Source: Stylophora pistillata
Lineage: Eukaryota
Direction: 5' to 3'
Assembly (NCBI RefSeq): GCF_002571385.2
Contig: NW_019217978.1
Coordinates: 356,481 to 418,298 of the forward strand
DNA: 61,818 bases
In this document: positions 29,736-43,049 of the stretch, piece after piece
Layout of the letters: every line of letters begins with the position of its first letter
How positions within the stretch are numbered: position 1 is the first letter of the stretch
Notes under the pieces: generated by a model
Database searches by the model: none
What the model was told of the DNA's origin: nothing
The model's input: only the letters and a program-made list of their open reading frames with translations
Translations under genes and position numbers: made by a program

Positions 29736-32700
29736 CTAGACACGAGTAACTGGTTTTGACCGGTTGGCCTTGCTTCCTTTCCTTGTGTAAGCACGCAGTC
29801 TTTCTCTTGCAATTTCAAACTCCTCAAGTCTCTGTGTCAAATCAATCTTCTGATGAATGGCTTGTTTGAGGAGGTGATTAAGAGTTTTCTTCTCCTCCTC
29901 AGATGCAGCGTACTTTCGTTGTAGCTCATCAACTTGAATCAGGTATTCCTCACACCGAGTGGCATACATGCTGCGAAGTGAGGCGAATGTTGATACTTCA
30001 GCTTTCATTGCCTTCAGGTTTCTCTTCAACTGGCCTACTGTCTCTGACTGGACTGCTTTATCATTCTCGTAACGGCTTTTAAGATTTGCCAGTGCCACCT
30101 CATAGGTAGACTTGTTAGCCTTCAGAACTGTCCGCAGCGTAGTGATCTGTTCCCGCTTGGTTGTCAGTAGACTTTGGAGCTTTGCAATTTGCTGCTTTTG
30201 AACATCACTGTCCTCTCCACTACTAGCTTCGTCATCGCTGACAACTACCCGATACTCCAGTGCATGCTGTTTGGAAATTTCCACTGTCTTTTCCACAGCT
30301 TGTTTCAAAAACTTCACTTGATCACGCACAGAACTGATCAATCTGTAACAGGAATAAGGGTCTCCTCTTTCCATGGTCTCATTTGGATTCTCACTTCCCA
30401 TTGGTGACTGACGCACTTCCGCAGAACTTTCTTTTGTTGTCGAATCTGCCGTATTTCTTTCCATTTGCGATGCTGAATTTGATGCCTTTTCCTGCTTTTC
30501 TTTTCTGGTGAATGAATTGGCTGGGTGATCTCCATTTGCTGAGCAAACATGACTATAAAGCCGCTGCAGATCTTCACTGACGTATTTCAGTTCATCTTGG
30601 GTGCAGTTCAGACTTCCCTGAGCATTTCCAGCAAGATCACTCATAGACTTAACATCTTCTTGAAGGTTCTTAATCAATTCTTCAGATTCAATGCCTTTGT
30701 TCTTTAAATTTAACAACTCCTCTTCAAGCTCCTTGACTCTCTTTGTTAGGAACGTTGCCTCATCAGATTTTGTTTGCAAGCTAGCCCCTTTTGCTCTCAA
30801 GCCATCTACCTCGTTTTTCAATTCTTTGATCACAGCTTGGGACTTGTTATCTTTCATCTGGTAGCTCTTCAAGAGTTTTTTCACCTCTTCAAGTTCTTTC
30901 AATTGATTGTTTATCTTTGAATTAAAAGCTTCTCTCTCTTCAACTCCATCATCGCTGTCATCTAATGTTTCACACAGAACCTTTGCTTCAGTCAGAGTCT
31001 GGATGGCGTCAAATTCTTCCTTCAACTTCAAGACGTCCTTCTCTTTTTTAGCCAAGGCATTGGTGAGCTCAGTTTTCTCACTGCTCAGCTGTTCAAGCTT
31101 GTGGCTCATTTCTTTGACTTCTGACATCTGGAGTTCCCTCATGAGATCTTCCACCAACCCAGGGACAGGTTTGTACTCTTCGATGATGCTTTTTATTAAA
31201 GGATGTTCCACAACTTGTTCAGGTTTGTCAGTCTTCTCAGGACTTTCAATGCCAATAAACCGGCTTTCCTCATGCCAACTACTAACTGTGGGTGACTGCC
31301 GCTGGCGAATTTCTTGCAATTCTTTCTGCAGCAAGGAGTTTCTGTCACGTTGCTCCTTTAAAGATTCCAGTGACTCATTAAGCTGTTTCTCATACTGATC
31401 CCGTTTCTCACAGGCTACCTGAAGTTGGAGTTGTAACGACTCCATTTCATCCGTCAAACTCTTGTTTTCAACCTTCAAGGATTCAAACTCCACCATCGAT
31501 GATCTGAGAGTTGAGTATTGTTTCTGGAGATTGATGTTCTCCTCCTCAAGATCGCTAAATTCTTGACAATATTTAGATTCTCGGTACTTGAGTTCTCTGA
31601 TTTCATCCCTGAGAAGTTTCTTACTATGGGCAAATTGCTCAATTTCTTTGACATAATTGGAGGCCTGATTACAGAGTCTTTCATTTTCAATGAGTGCATC
31701 CCTTTCGGCTTTTCTCGCTTGGCGAACTTCACTCTCTAAATCTGTTATTTTATGGAGGTAATTAGCCTCTCTTGATTCACTCTCTTTTACTAGACTCTCC
31801 TCCCTATCATCCCCAAAGCGACTTCGTTTCTCTTGTTCAAGTTTCAACTGTTCATGGACCTTTGAGTAAAGATAAAGGAAAGCCAAAATATTAACCCTTT
31901 ACACCCTAACATCAGCATACATATTCTCCATACTGTTCTCTAATATACATTTCCTAAGGTGCTGACAAGGAGAATTTGTTTAACAATCAAGTGCTTCTTT
32001 GGTTGGTGATCATTTCCTTTATTCTCTTGACCTTAATGTGTGATTCAGGGGTGATATTGTAAGGAGAAATTAGATGTTAGTCACTCTAAGCAAGGCTGTG
32101 CTGAAAGAAAAATTGAATTGAGCGCAGTACCCTGAAACTGCGACATCCGGGGTGCCCAGCATATGATTTTTATGACAAAACTAAAATTCCTAAGTCACCC
32201 AAGAGCAAAATAATGTAAGGCACCAAGGGTCACTGGGCACTGCTAGACCACAGCCTTGCTTAAGGGTCAAAGGTCTAAAAAACAACAGATTTTCTGCAAT
32301 TTTAGTCCAGCTTAGTTCTGAGTTTGCTGAATAAGAAGCACTCTGAATGCATTTTTAAGTTAGACTCTATGTGGAATGAATATTTCAGTGATAATACTGA
32401 TGACCTGAACACAACTCTGCCTCTCATTTTTGAAAGTCAGACACCTTCTAATCATTATTTGTAAATAGACAATCTAACTTTGGTTTGGGACATTGATCAC
32501 TGCTATGTTTATTTCTCTTCTACTTTTTTTCTTATTCAGCAACAATTTTCAAAAAATTTTCAACAATTTCAAAACAAAAGAAAATGAAGGGAATAATATC
32601 AAAGAAAACAGTAGTTAATTCACTGTGTTGTAAATTAAAATATCAGGAGGCTGATATAGGTTCATTGCATGTAGCTATACATGGAAGCTATTTACAACAT

Positions 32701-33519
32701 CAACAGCGGTCTGATTAAATCTCCAGTAGTCAAAGTCTGACTGACCGTGAAAATTATCATTAATCTATCACACTAATTTTAACCCCTGAACGATTTCCGA
32801 TTAAATAGATCGATGATTTTCAAACTCAGCGCGCCGTTTGAGTTCTCCCACGGCTACAATCTTAAAAAGGAATTCTAACAATATAGGCATCGAGTGATCT
32901 CTCAGGGTAATGCCAGGCAATACGATCTACGTAATCTTTTAATCTCAGAAATTTAGACTGCAAAAAATGCGCAGTCTTACACGTCACAAGAAATCATAAT
33001 TTTCAAAATGACCTATAAGATTTGAAGAGATCGTTTTTTTTATATATATATTTAGACGATAGGTATAATCAGTAAGCGTGATGATCGGTTAATCGCACCC
33101 ATTTGTTAAAATTACAATTACCGCTAAGGAAGGAAGCTTTGACTAACCACCCCACATCGATGTTTTCACTCGTTTGGCGCGTGTAAATAATTAAAGATAT
33201 AAAATATCCAACTTTTGTTATGCACTGTATTCGCGATTCTAACCTTTGATCTGATTAGATCAAATGGTAGGAATACGTTTCTTTCAAATGGAATGGTTAA
33301 CCAAAAACATTTCCTTTAAAATACCTCTCTAAGGCATTCCAATTCCTGCTTGTTTGATTCTAAGACCGTCTCAAGCTCATCATATTGTTCCTGTAATCTT
33401 TGTTTTTCGTCCAAAACTGCCAGCCCATATTCAGCAGCTTGGACCTTTTCTAGACAGGCTTGCTGTAGTTCACTACTTAGGCGTTCAACTTCACTTTTAA
33501 GCTGCTCGATCGAGCCCAT
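29736..33519 (-). CDS. BICD: Bicaudal-D dynein cargo adaptor, 2 exons, ~772 aa
   Basis: Exon 33325-33519 contains the CC1-box EKVQAAEYGLAVLDEK. Exon 29736-31859 is a long coiled coil with the BicD C-terminal signature LLTTKREQITTLRTVLKANKSTYEVALANLKSRYENDK...FASLRSMYATRCEEY. The frame is also open to an upstream ATG at 33660. Confidence 0.95.
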
Positions 33520-33746
33520 TTCGTCTTCAATTTGAACGCCGTAATAAAATCCGCCATGTCTCCATGTTGAATTTTTGAATTGTTTTGAATGACTACAAAA
33601 AGGCACCAGATCCTGGCGGTCCACTGAGAACGCAATGTCTTCTGGTATAGACGCAGCCATTTTGAGTCATGTGATCAGATTAGTAAAAACCAAAAGAGAG
33701 CTAGTTTTTGCGAAATTGTTTTGTTGAAAGCTCAAGATCTACGAAG
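33520..33746. promoter_or_regulatory. Compact bidirectional promoter between BicD and ARL8
   Basis: Only 227 bp separate the divergent ATGs. Contains YY1-like CCGCCATGT and GCCATTTTG motifs and an M-box/CLEAR-like AGTCATGTGAT (33665-33675). Motif function is inferred. Confidence 0.65.
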
Positions 33747-36700
33747 ATGTTCGCCTTTTTTCGTAGTATACTTGACTGGATAAAAAGTCTGTTCTGGAAG
33801 GAAGAGATGGAGCTTACGCTGGTTGGCTTGCAATACTCGGGAAAGACAACTTTTGTCAATGTTATCGCGGTAAGCGAAATGTACAGTTAGTAAATGCTAG
33901 CTATTGAAAAGAACTTAAGTTTTATTCGTGTTTTTATTCCTGGAGTTATCCTTTCATTCTTTAATTTGGTTTTTTCTCACTGTATGTAAACATTCTCTCA
34001 AACTCCTTCTCATTTCGCGCCCCTATTTGGATATGTACATATAATTACGTTTACATTATAGTTCGTCGCTGGCACAATACTAAGTCAATTTGCAAGAGGG
34101 TAAAATTAGGCTTAATTAGATTTAGAAAACAATTTTTTTCACCCTGGAATACATGAAAATTCCCTTCTCGGTTGTTAATGTTGGCTAAGATTTACAGTCG
34201 TGAATATTTAGGATAAGTTCAGGCCTGTGGTAGTGAACCATGACAAAAAAGTGTACCTTGTACACCTTTTGGATTCTATTTTTATGACCTACATAAACTC
34301 CTTCTTGTAACAAAATTCCAGTTCTTTAAAGTTCATTTTGTGAAAACTAGGCTTGTTACTTACCCTGACCAAAGTTTATCTTAAAATAAGTTTTAAACTT
34401 GTCTTTTTCTGAGAAACTAAAAAAACTGAATCACAATGTAATGTTGATAGAAATCGAATACTTGGCCTCAAATAAGCACACATCTTGAATGAGCAGCCAT
34501 TCTCTAGGTCGAAAGAATTGATGAGTGGCCAGGGAGCTTATTTTGAATTAATACAGTAGGCATTGTTCTTCGCAGGCCTCTGATTACAACTCAGAGTAAA
34601 TGTCTAATGAATCTGGGATAAGCAGCTGTACACATAACAGATGCAGAATACATGAGGAGTAAAGACTACAGAATGTAAATTTAGCAGCAATAAATCATCA
34701 GTCGCCAGCATTCATGGAGTACCTGATTCCAAGAGACAAGGAACTCTCATCTGGCTCACAAGAACAAAACTGAGATTAGCTGTAGTAGTAATTGTTGTAC
34801 AAACTGATGATTTTCTTAATTCCCCTTTCCTGCCAGCCTGACATTGTTTTAAAATTGCTAGGAGAGTTTGAGTTTTAATCACTCCCTTAAAGTGGAAGAT
34901 AATGAGACTCCTCTACTGAAGTAGTACTTTGTATTGGCCAAAGACTTAATTTGATTTTGGTCTTGTGTTGTTCCCATGACCTCAGACAATGTTCATGTCA
35001 CATGTTAAATATTTACCTGGCAGATGGCAAAGCTTGCCATCAAGTACCCTGTAAGTTGGTGGTAGAGGTAGAAATGTATGCTTGAAATCTGAAGGTCTGG
35101 GTTTTGCTTCCATGTTGGGGACTCTGAGGTTTCATTTATGACCAAGTTTAGAATTTACCATCCGTCCTATTCTGTTTACTTGCTAATTTTTTTTTTTTTT
35201 TCTCCAAACAGTCAGGTCAGTTCAGTGAAGACATGATTCCAACTGTTGGATTTAATATGAGAAAAGTCACCAAGGGTAATGTTACAATAAAGGTCAGTTG
35301 TTAGATGAAGTATTCTATTCTAGTAGTCAAACTTGTGTGTTGTTTGATTTTTGCTGTATTGATTGCCTGATTTTAACTAAATAAAAACACTACTTTTTAA
35401 AGAGGCTTTTACCAGTTAGTAGACTACCTATTTTTTTTTCTTTTTATTGTATATATTTTCCTTAGTTGATCTTGTTAAATTGATTGTATCTTATGTTAGA
35501 AATTAACTTCTACAACTGTTATATACTTTAATAATTTAAATGTTTTTTATCTTTAGAATTATGATTATTGTAAAGCGCCATTGAGCTCACGGAAGTGGTG
35601 CTATAAAAATTGTTGTATTATTATTATTGTATCATTAGCTGTGGTGTGTGAGTGAAATGACAAGTTCCTTGCATATATTACATGTCTTATGAAATTCTGA
35701 TTGGTGTTTGTTTTCTTCTATTTAAACACCCCCTTTGTAGTCCATAGTAATGAAGTCTTGAATCTCAGTTGCTAATTGTGTGCTTCACACTGTTCAATTT
35801 TCTCTTTCAACCCAATCTCTGGCTACGGACCAGTCCTTGTTCAACACCCCTATTTTCTGAAGTGCATATCCGACTTGGCAACTAGGTCTTGTGTAACCCG
35901 CATTATTATTGATCATTTTACCTTTTTTGTTTTTCTTACAGGTCTGGGATATTGGAGGACAACCTCGCTTTCGAAGCATGTGGGAACGATACTGTAGAGG
36001 AGTTAACTGCATTGTGTGAGTATTGACGGCTCTTTAATTATACCTAGCCTAACAGTGTCAGATATAGCAACATGATCTAAACGGTTGGATATTTTGACCT
36101 AATGTGCTGCCTACAGTTTTAAATGTAGGGTTTTCTCTTCAGGTACATGGTTGATGCTGCAGATCATGAAAAGCTAGAAGCATCAAGAAATGAACTCCAT
36201 GGGCTTTTAGAAAAACCACAATTAGCAGGCATTCCTGTAAGTCACACACAAGACTCTCTTCTGTTCGCTTTATTTTGTTCTTTGTACAGCGTTCTGCATC
36301 TTTTAATGAAACGCGGATAGTTTAGGGATTAGGGGGTTGAACTTTCTGTTTGAAGGTCCAGGTTTAAAATTGGGCCAAGGTAAACTTGATTCTTCCAGTA
36401 CTTTTTGCCATTCAGGATTACAAATGGGTATAGACCTGTGAAAAACAGATAAAATAGTTTGAAATAAACCTGTAATACACTAACATCCCATTCAAACCCG
36501 AGTTTTTAATAAGACTAACTTCCGCATTCAGCAAGTAGTTATTTATCAGGTTGGTCGTCAAGATTTGTTTGTGCAGAAGATACTAATCTGCTGAGTATTC
36601 ATGTCTGGGCAAGGGGATTTTTTTTTTTTTTTACAATGACTGCTACAAGCTGGGAAAGTAGCTAATTTATTTAATGAAAAATGTGTACTGTTTACATTTA

Positions 36701-37971
36701 TATCATGTTGTCAATACTTTGGCAGGTCTTAGTTTTGGGAAACAAAAAAGATCTTCCAAATGCATTAGACGAAAAAGAAGTAGTGGAGAGACTGTAAGTA
36801 TAGAATGCCAGAAAGTGATTATTAAAAACTGGTTAACAAGTAACTTAAGTTACTGTGGCATACCTCTTTCAAAATGTCTTGTAAACGAGTTAATTTCTAA
36901 CTCTCTAAGTTTACTTTCTGACAGTAACTTGGCATCCATTCAAGATCGAGAAATCTGTTGCTACTCCATCTCATGTAAAGAGAAAGATAATATTGGTAAG
37001 TATCAGCGCCTGTTGTTTTCACTCTAGAAATTTTTGGAAAAGGAGACAATTAACAAATGGCAAGGCCAAAGTGTACACTATTGAGTTATGGCTGCATGCA
37101 GGAGGTTGCTAAGTACAAAAGAAGCGTAAGAGTCACGTAAGGCGATAGCCAAGAGCCACTCTAGCTTCTTGAGTACTCAGCAAACCTCCTAAATGCATCC
37201 ATAACTCAATAGTGTACACTGTGGTGTTTACCATTTGTTTAATAACATAATAGTAATACATTGTTGCCAAAAAGTTCCCTTTCTAGTTAACAAATCTTAT
37301 GTGATGCACATTTGCTCATGTCAGCAGTGTACACCATTGGGTAAATGGTTAACACTTATTGACCAATCAGAGTGTGCATTTTACTTTGGTTATGTTTTAA
37401 AGTGCTCTGGATAAGGCTGTGCTCTGTTTCCAATTTGTATCTGATGAGTGGCAGGTGGTAAGGGACAGGGGGTTTGGTCTGATAGGTTCTTAGATCAATT
37501 TTGATAGGAATGGTTAAAGTTCTGGTCTAATAACCCACTTAACCTTTTAACTTCTCAGTTTGACCAGCATCTACTTTCTCCTTAAAATGTCACCCCTGAA
37601 TCAAACATTGAGAATAAAGGAAATGATCAATAATGAAAGGCTGGAGCTTTTGATTGTTAAACAAATTCTCCTTGTTGTTACCTGAAGAAATGTAAAAAGA
37701 ATGGAATGGAGAATATGCATACTGACATTGGGTGTAAAGGGCTCAATAAATTGTCCATGGAAACTGTCTAAAGAGCAGTCATAAGAATAGGTATGCTAAT
37801 GTAAAGGCAGGTGGGGTGGTGGGGTTATGGAGTTTCGATTTTTCGAACTTTTTCTTTTCTACAATATTTGAAAGATTTCCTTTCACCAAAAACTTCTAAT
37901 TGTATGTCTGTTTGTTAATTATAGATATCACTCTGCAGTGGTTAATCCAACACTCAAAGTCTCGTGGTTGA
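33747..37971 (+). CDS. ARL8: ADP-ribosylation factor-like GTPase 8 (lysosomal), 7 exons, 185 aa
   Basis: Exons 33747-33869, 35212-35292, 35942-36015, 36143-36236, 36726-36793, 36925-36995, 37925-37971 (558 nt). Motifs: [83 protein letters not shown]. Confidence 0.97.
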
Positions 37972-39243
37972 AGTGATCGTATATTCATTCAGATTCCTCG
38001 CAAAGAGGAGAAAACCTTGGTGCGCTTAGTGAAAACGAATGAGAGCAGAGAGTGGACATTCGCAATCAAATTTATAGAACTTAAAGAGACTACATAATGC
38101 CATTTTTCTATTAATAACCTATAGTGCATGCTTGAAGCCATTGATATGTTTAAAATCCTGACATGACCAATAGTCACCCTTTAACTCCAAGATGTGATTA
38201 AGATTTATTTTCTCCCTAAATAATACTCAGTACATTATTCTCCAAACAGGTAATGAGAATACTCAAACTTATCAGGTACAAGTTATCTTAATCTAACTCC
38301 AAATTCTTATAACTAATTTAGAAGGAAAAGTTTAGTGGCTAGAGGGGATAATTTACAGTCAGATCTTGGAGTTGAGGGTTAAAAGAGAATCTAACAGCTA
38401 TTTTCTGTATTAACTTAAAAAAAAAAAAAAATACAAGTAGCCAGTCATTTTTTTAAGGAGATGCACTTGTCTGTTTAGAGGTGTAGGCTGGGTTTGTAAC
38501 AAGAATGGACAGTGAGATCCATATTAATGAGTCAGAGAAGTGTTAAAGAATTTATCTTGCAAATATTGAAAAAAAGAGTACAGTTTATAAACCCCTCAGG
38601 AAAGAGTTGAATACTCTTTGTGCTCTAAAGTGATTGCAGCTTATGATTGTTTTGCTTTTCATTTGTTGTTGTCAATAACTTAACCAAGACCATGCCTGTC
38701 AGATGGAAGCTTGATTACTTTGATAAAATGTATATCATATTTTCTCAAATGTGTGCTGGTGAAAGTTGTAGTCCTGCAGAGACTTGCATGATTGGAAAGC
38801 ACTCTTTTCAAAGATGGTGAAAATATAAAATGATGAAGGTTTGTTTTGTACCATTGTAACATGTTGCAGTCCCTTGATTTTTGTATGTTTCCTTTTTCAT
38901 AGACAATTTCAACTCAGTAGTTTCAAATGTGACACAGTAAGGTCTTACTAAATTATTAGTTAGATGAACTCTGATGATTACATGGATCACTTGTCTACAA
39001 AAACAGAACTCCAGTGAAGTCAATACAAAAAGAGGCATCTTTGTGCTGTTCAACTGAAAAAATTGACAAACCCCTACTGGTACATTTTACCAAAGAAAGC
39101 TATTCCAAACATTGTGGGGGACGTGGGGGGAGGGGGAGGGGTGTGGAAATTCAAAGGTTGTAAGACTAGTACATATTTTACGCACCCTATGCCTTGTATC
39201 CCAATCAAAAGTAAAGTTTATCTTTGTCTTACCCTCATGCTTA

Positions 39244-42119
39244 TTAAGAAGATAAGGCTGTAGGTCCTATCCTCCTTGAAAGAAAAGCCAGGCAACATGG
39301 GGTTCTCTCCATTCTGTCCTGCAGCTCAGCTAAATTTGTTTGAATCATTTGGACATAAACATGCTCAGGTCCGAACTTCTTCAAACAAATGTCCACTGCA
39401 TGGGCATAATAGTCTGCTGCTAGCTCAAAGTTACCTTCTGCTTCATGTGCATTACCCAAGTTATTGTAAGTGGATGCCACATCGACATGCTCAGGCCCAA
39501 GCTTTTTCACATATATATATTGAGTGCAGTTTCATAGTAGTATCTTGCCTTCTTTATTTTACCCGGATGCTTGTACACAAGACCCAGTTCATTGTACGTA
39601 GATGCAACATCAACATGCTGAACTCCAAGCTGTTTGATACGTAAAACCAGTGAATGCATTATACAGAATTTTGCCCGCTTCAAGTCACCAAGGTCACGAT
39701 GTAGAACACCTAGGTTGTGATAAGAAGTTGCAATGTCATCATGATCAGGGCTAAGAATTTTTGTTTGAATGTCCATTGCACGCAGGTAAAAGTCTTTAGC
39801 CTGCTGCAGGTCACCAAGCCTATTGCACACAAGACCAAGGTTATTGTAAGAAGAGGCAACATGAACTTGGTCTAATCTAAAATTTCTCAGATGGATGTCC
39901 AATGCTTGTAAAAAGTAATCCTTTGCCTGCTCTAGTTTTCCCAGGTCACAGTGCACCCTACCTAAGCCACTGTAAGCTGCTGCCTTTGCTTTATTGCAAC
40001 CTACCACACCCAAGTTGACAAAGGTTAACACCACATTACAGCACTTTAGTGCTGTCTTTAGTTCACAGTGTTCAATACACATCTCTCCGAGTGTTAGAAA
40101 GTTTTCAGTAAAGTCTTGCACTGTAACTATGCCACTTTTGGTAACTTCTGAGATTCCTTGCTCAGAAAACAATGGATCTGTTTCAGTGATCAAATTTTTT
40201 ATATGGGGGACTATGTTCTTGCAGAGGAATATCGGATCTAAGTCTTGCCCAATCTTGGATGCATCAGTTTCTTTGTAAATGGCTTGTGAAAATGATGCAA
40301 TGGCCCCATGGATGACTTTAAGGTGTTCATCATTGGTATGGCATTTTACTACAGTATTGATGACTTCATGGACAACTCTATGGACTCGAATGTAGACACA
40401 GCCCTCGTCTTCTGTAAATAACAACAGTGGGCATCGGCTGAGTTTTGCCACAACCATTTCTCTATCCTGAAATTCTTCATCTGTTTCTGTAATGTAGCGG
40501 GTGACAATGTCTTGAAGTATCGGTTGCGATGCACACAGGGAGAGCAAAGAGAATGTGTGATGAATAACTTTGTCACATGTCATTGCCTTCTCTACAGCAA
40601 GTGTTATTGCAGCTGTCATGGATTTTGGGTAACTTGAGTTGGTTTCAGCAAGAATCCTCTCTGTACTTCTCCGTTTCCCTTTATCCAATTTCTTCAAGTA
40701 GTCAATCCAACCAAAAGCTGCCTTGTTTTGTCCAACTTCTCTGACATATGTGGCAGCACTTGCCATGGCAAGAGGTTGGTAGTCTAATACCTGTGCAACT
40801 TCTTTTTCCATCTCACTATCTGTGACACCAGAAAGCTGTTTCAACAAAAATCTGGCATCTTCAAGATCCATACCTTTGCTGATTGAGACATGTTGTATGC
40901 AAGAGCTTGTTAATGGGATGGACATAGTATCTTGTGTTGTAATGAGCATCTGGCCTCTTGCCCATTGCTTGTTCCCTGCATCTGGTAAATGACTATGTAT
41001 GCCAAATGCATCAGCAACATTATCAACCACCAGCAGCCAGGATGCAAAAAGCTCAATTTTGGTGCTTATTAAGGCCTTGAGATTAGTAATTTTCTCATTT
41101 GTGTCCATCTCTCTGGATTTGAGGGTGTTTGTAACAGCATACTCAGGACATTTACAATACCGTGCAAAAGAGACATACGACTCCATAAGAGCTCCCGTGT
41201 TTTCCGCGTTTAGTGCCATAACGAATGAAGTACTGAGAGTCGAGTCTTCAACTTCATCATAGAATTGCTTGGCTACCAAACGGGACAACTGAGATTTCCC
41301 ACTTCCTGGATTTCCTGATAGATACAGGATGCTTAAACAGTTTTCATTAGCCCCTTTGAGTGCTTTGAGCTGCTGTGTTATTTCAGCAACCTGACGAGTA
41401 CAGGGTGCAACATCGTGGGAAGGTGCAGAAGGAAGAATGCAAAATGGAGAGACTTCAGTTTGTAACTGTTCCTCCAAAACCTGTCGTTGTCCTTCCTTTT
41501 CTTGAAGTTCCATTTCCTTTTCTCGGAGTTTCATCTCTTTTTCTTGGAGTTTGTTTTCTTTCTCATAAACTTCTTGTTTAAGGTCATCTACCTTCCTCAG
41601 AACCTCTCCTAACTCCTCTGTTGGAAAGCTTGTCTGATTTTGGATTTCTTTGATTTTTGCAGTGGCAAGACCAAGATTGTGAAATGCATTGTAGACTTTG
41701 AGAATATCATTCTTAAATTTAATGTTAGAAAGATGGCCATGTGGTACATGTGCAAATTCTTCATTTCAAAATTTCCTGAGGTCATCCACATTTGATTGCA
41801 CTGTTGGATTGAGACTATTCAGGCAATCTGAATACAGAATGGCATAAAAGAGCATGGAACAATCCCATTCAGCTCTATTGCCATTCTTCATGGTTGTCAA
41901 CAGATGGGCATTTTTCTTTCTGTTTCGATGGGATTCACCCTTCCAGAAGTCCAGTCCATTTTTCGGTTCATCTTTCCATTCTCCTAGCGTTGTTTTGTAG
42001 CGTTTGTCCCATTCCTGTTTGAAGATTGTTCGTAGACCGTCCGTGAGTATATTCGTGACAACATAGGATATCCTGGAGTAGTTCAGTTGCTCTGCAGTGT
42101 ATTGCAATGCAGTGGCCAT
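39244..42119 (-). pseudogene. Disrupted paralog of the HEPN-STAND-TPR gene
   Basis: Colinear with 55429-58260. Codon 118 CGA>TGA (41766-41768). A 2-nt insertion beside an (AT)5 run near 39509 creates a stop before the last TPR. The frame is otherwise open (675-aa ORF, 39507-41534). Confidence 0.85.
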
Positions 42120-42496
42120 GTGACATGTACTTTGGTGAAATTAGGGAACCTATTCAAGAAAGGTTCAAACAAAATGTTTTCTACAGGGTAATTGTACAAG
42201 CGGAGTTTTTAAGCTTGACAGTTGGGGTCAATTAGAAACCTTTTCCACTATGCAGATGTTTTATGGAGATCGTGCTTGGTCAGCAGGCAGTGCAAAATCG
42301 AGTATTATTCCCTGCAAGAGAATTACTCAGTGATTACCAGTTGAAACTAGAAGATCGGTACGTCAACTGATTTTTTTATTCTTCAATTTCTTTCCAAGTA
42401 TTTCAAAATGCTTCTGCACTACTTTTAGGAGAGTAATTTATATTCAGAGTTTGTCATAGTAGTTTTGTAAGCACAGATATTAAGCTTGCAAAACAA

Positions 42497-43049
42497 TAGC
42501 CTGTGTATAGCCGCCCCATCCCCTCAAAAAAATCGGGAATGGGGCGTCTGTGATTTACCGCTGCTAATCGTGTATGGAACCTCGTGATTTTTCCCGGAAT
42601 GTGCGGAAAATGATCTCATTGGCTGTTACTCGTAGATCAGTACATCATGTGAACCACGGGTTTCGATTGGCTATCAATTTCGCGGGGAATCGACTTCTGA
42701 GATGTGAAGCCTTCTCTCAAAGTACACATTGCTCTCACAATAACAAGTGTGCGAATTAGCGATGAGTTTGTGTGTTCTTTGTGAGAAAAACATCGTTCAG
42801 AATTCTGATAAAAATCTCGTTGACGGACGGTAGAGCTCGAGTTTTAACGTCCAGGAGGAGTTGCTGTCGCTGGAGTATAAAGTGTCTATAGATACCGCTT
42901 ACATTTGCAGAAATTGCCTGTCGACTTTAAAGAAACGAAGGGCTGTTCTGACGAATCTTTGTGTTGTGAACTCTACGATTCGAGAGATTATCAGCTCGAA
43001 ATTTTCTTCCCAATTTCTTAGAGGGGATGGGGCGGCTGTACACAGGCTA
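42497..43049 (+). mobile_element. Internally deleted DNA transposon (TAG...CTA, 9-bp TSD) with a C2C2 zinc-finger remnant; possibly AcademH-like
   Basis: TIR TAGCCTGTGTATAGCCGCCCCATCCCCTC / GAGGGGATGGGGCGGCTGTACACAGGCTA; perfect TSD GCAAAACAA (42488-42496, 43050-43058); internal MSLCVLC...YICRNC peptide with a stop. Superfamily is inferred. Confidence 0.8.

Noticed and set aside
30174-31739. Antisense and alternate-frame ORFs over BicD, MAGI and the NLR-like genes
   Set aside because: Shadows of real coding exons with no independent motifs.
41766-41768. Selenocysteine or readthrough at the in-frame TGA
   Set aside because: The paralog has Arg (CGA), not Cys. I recognised no SECIS, and a second lesion is present.
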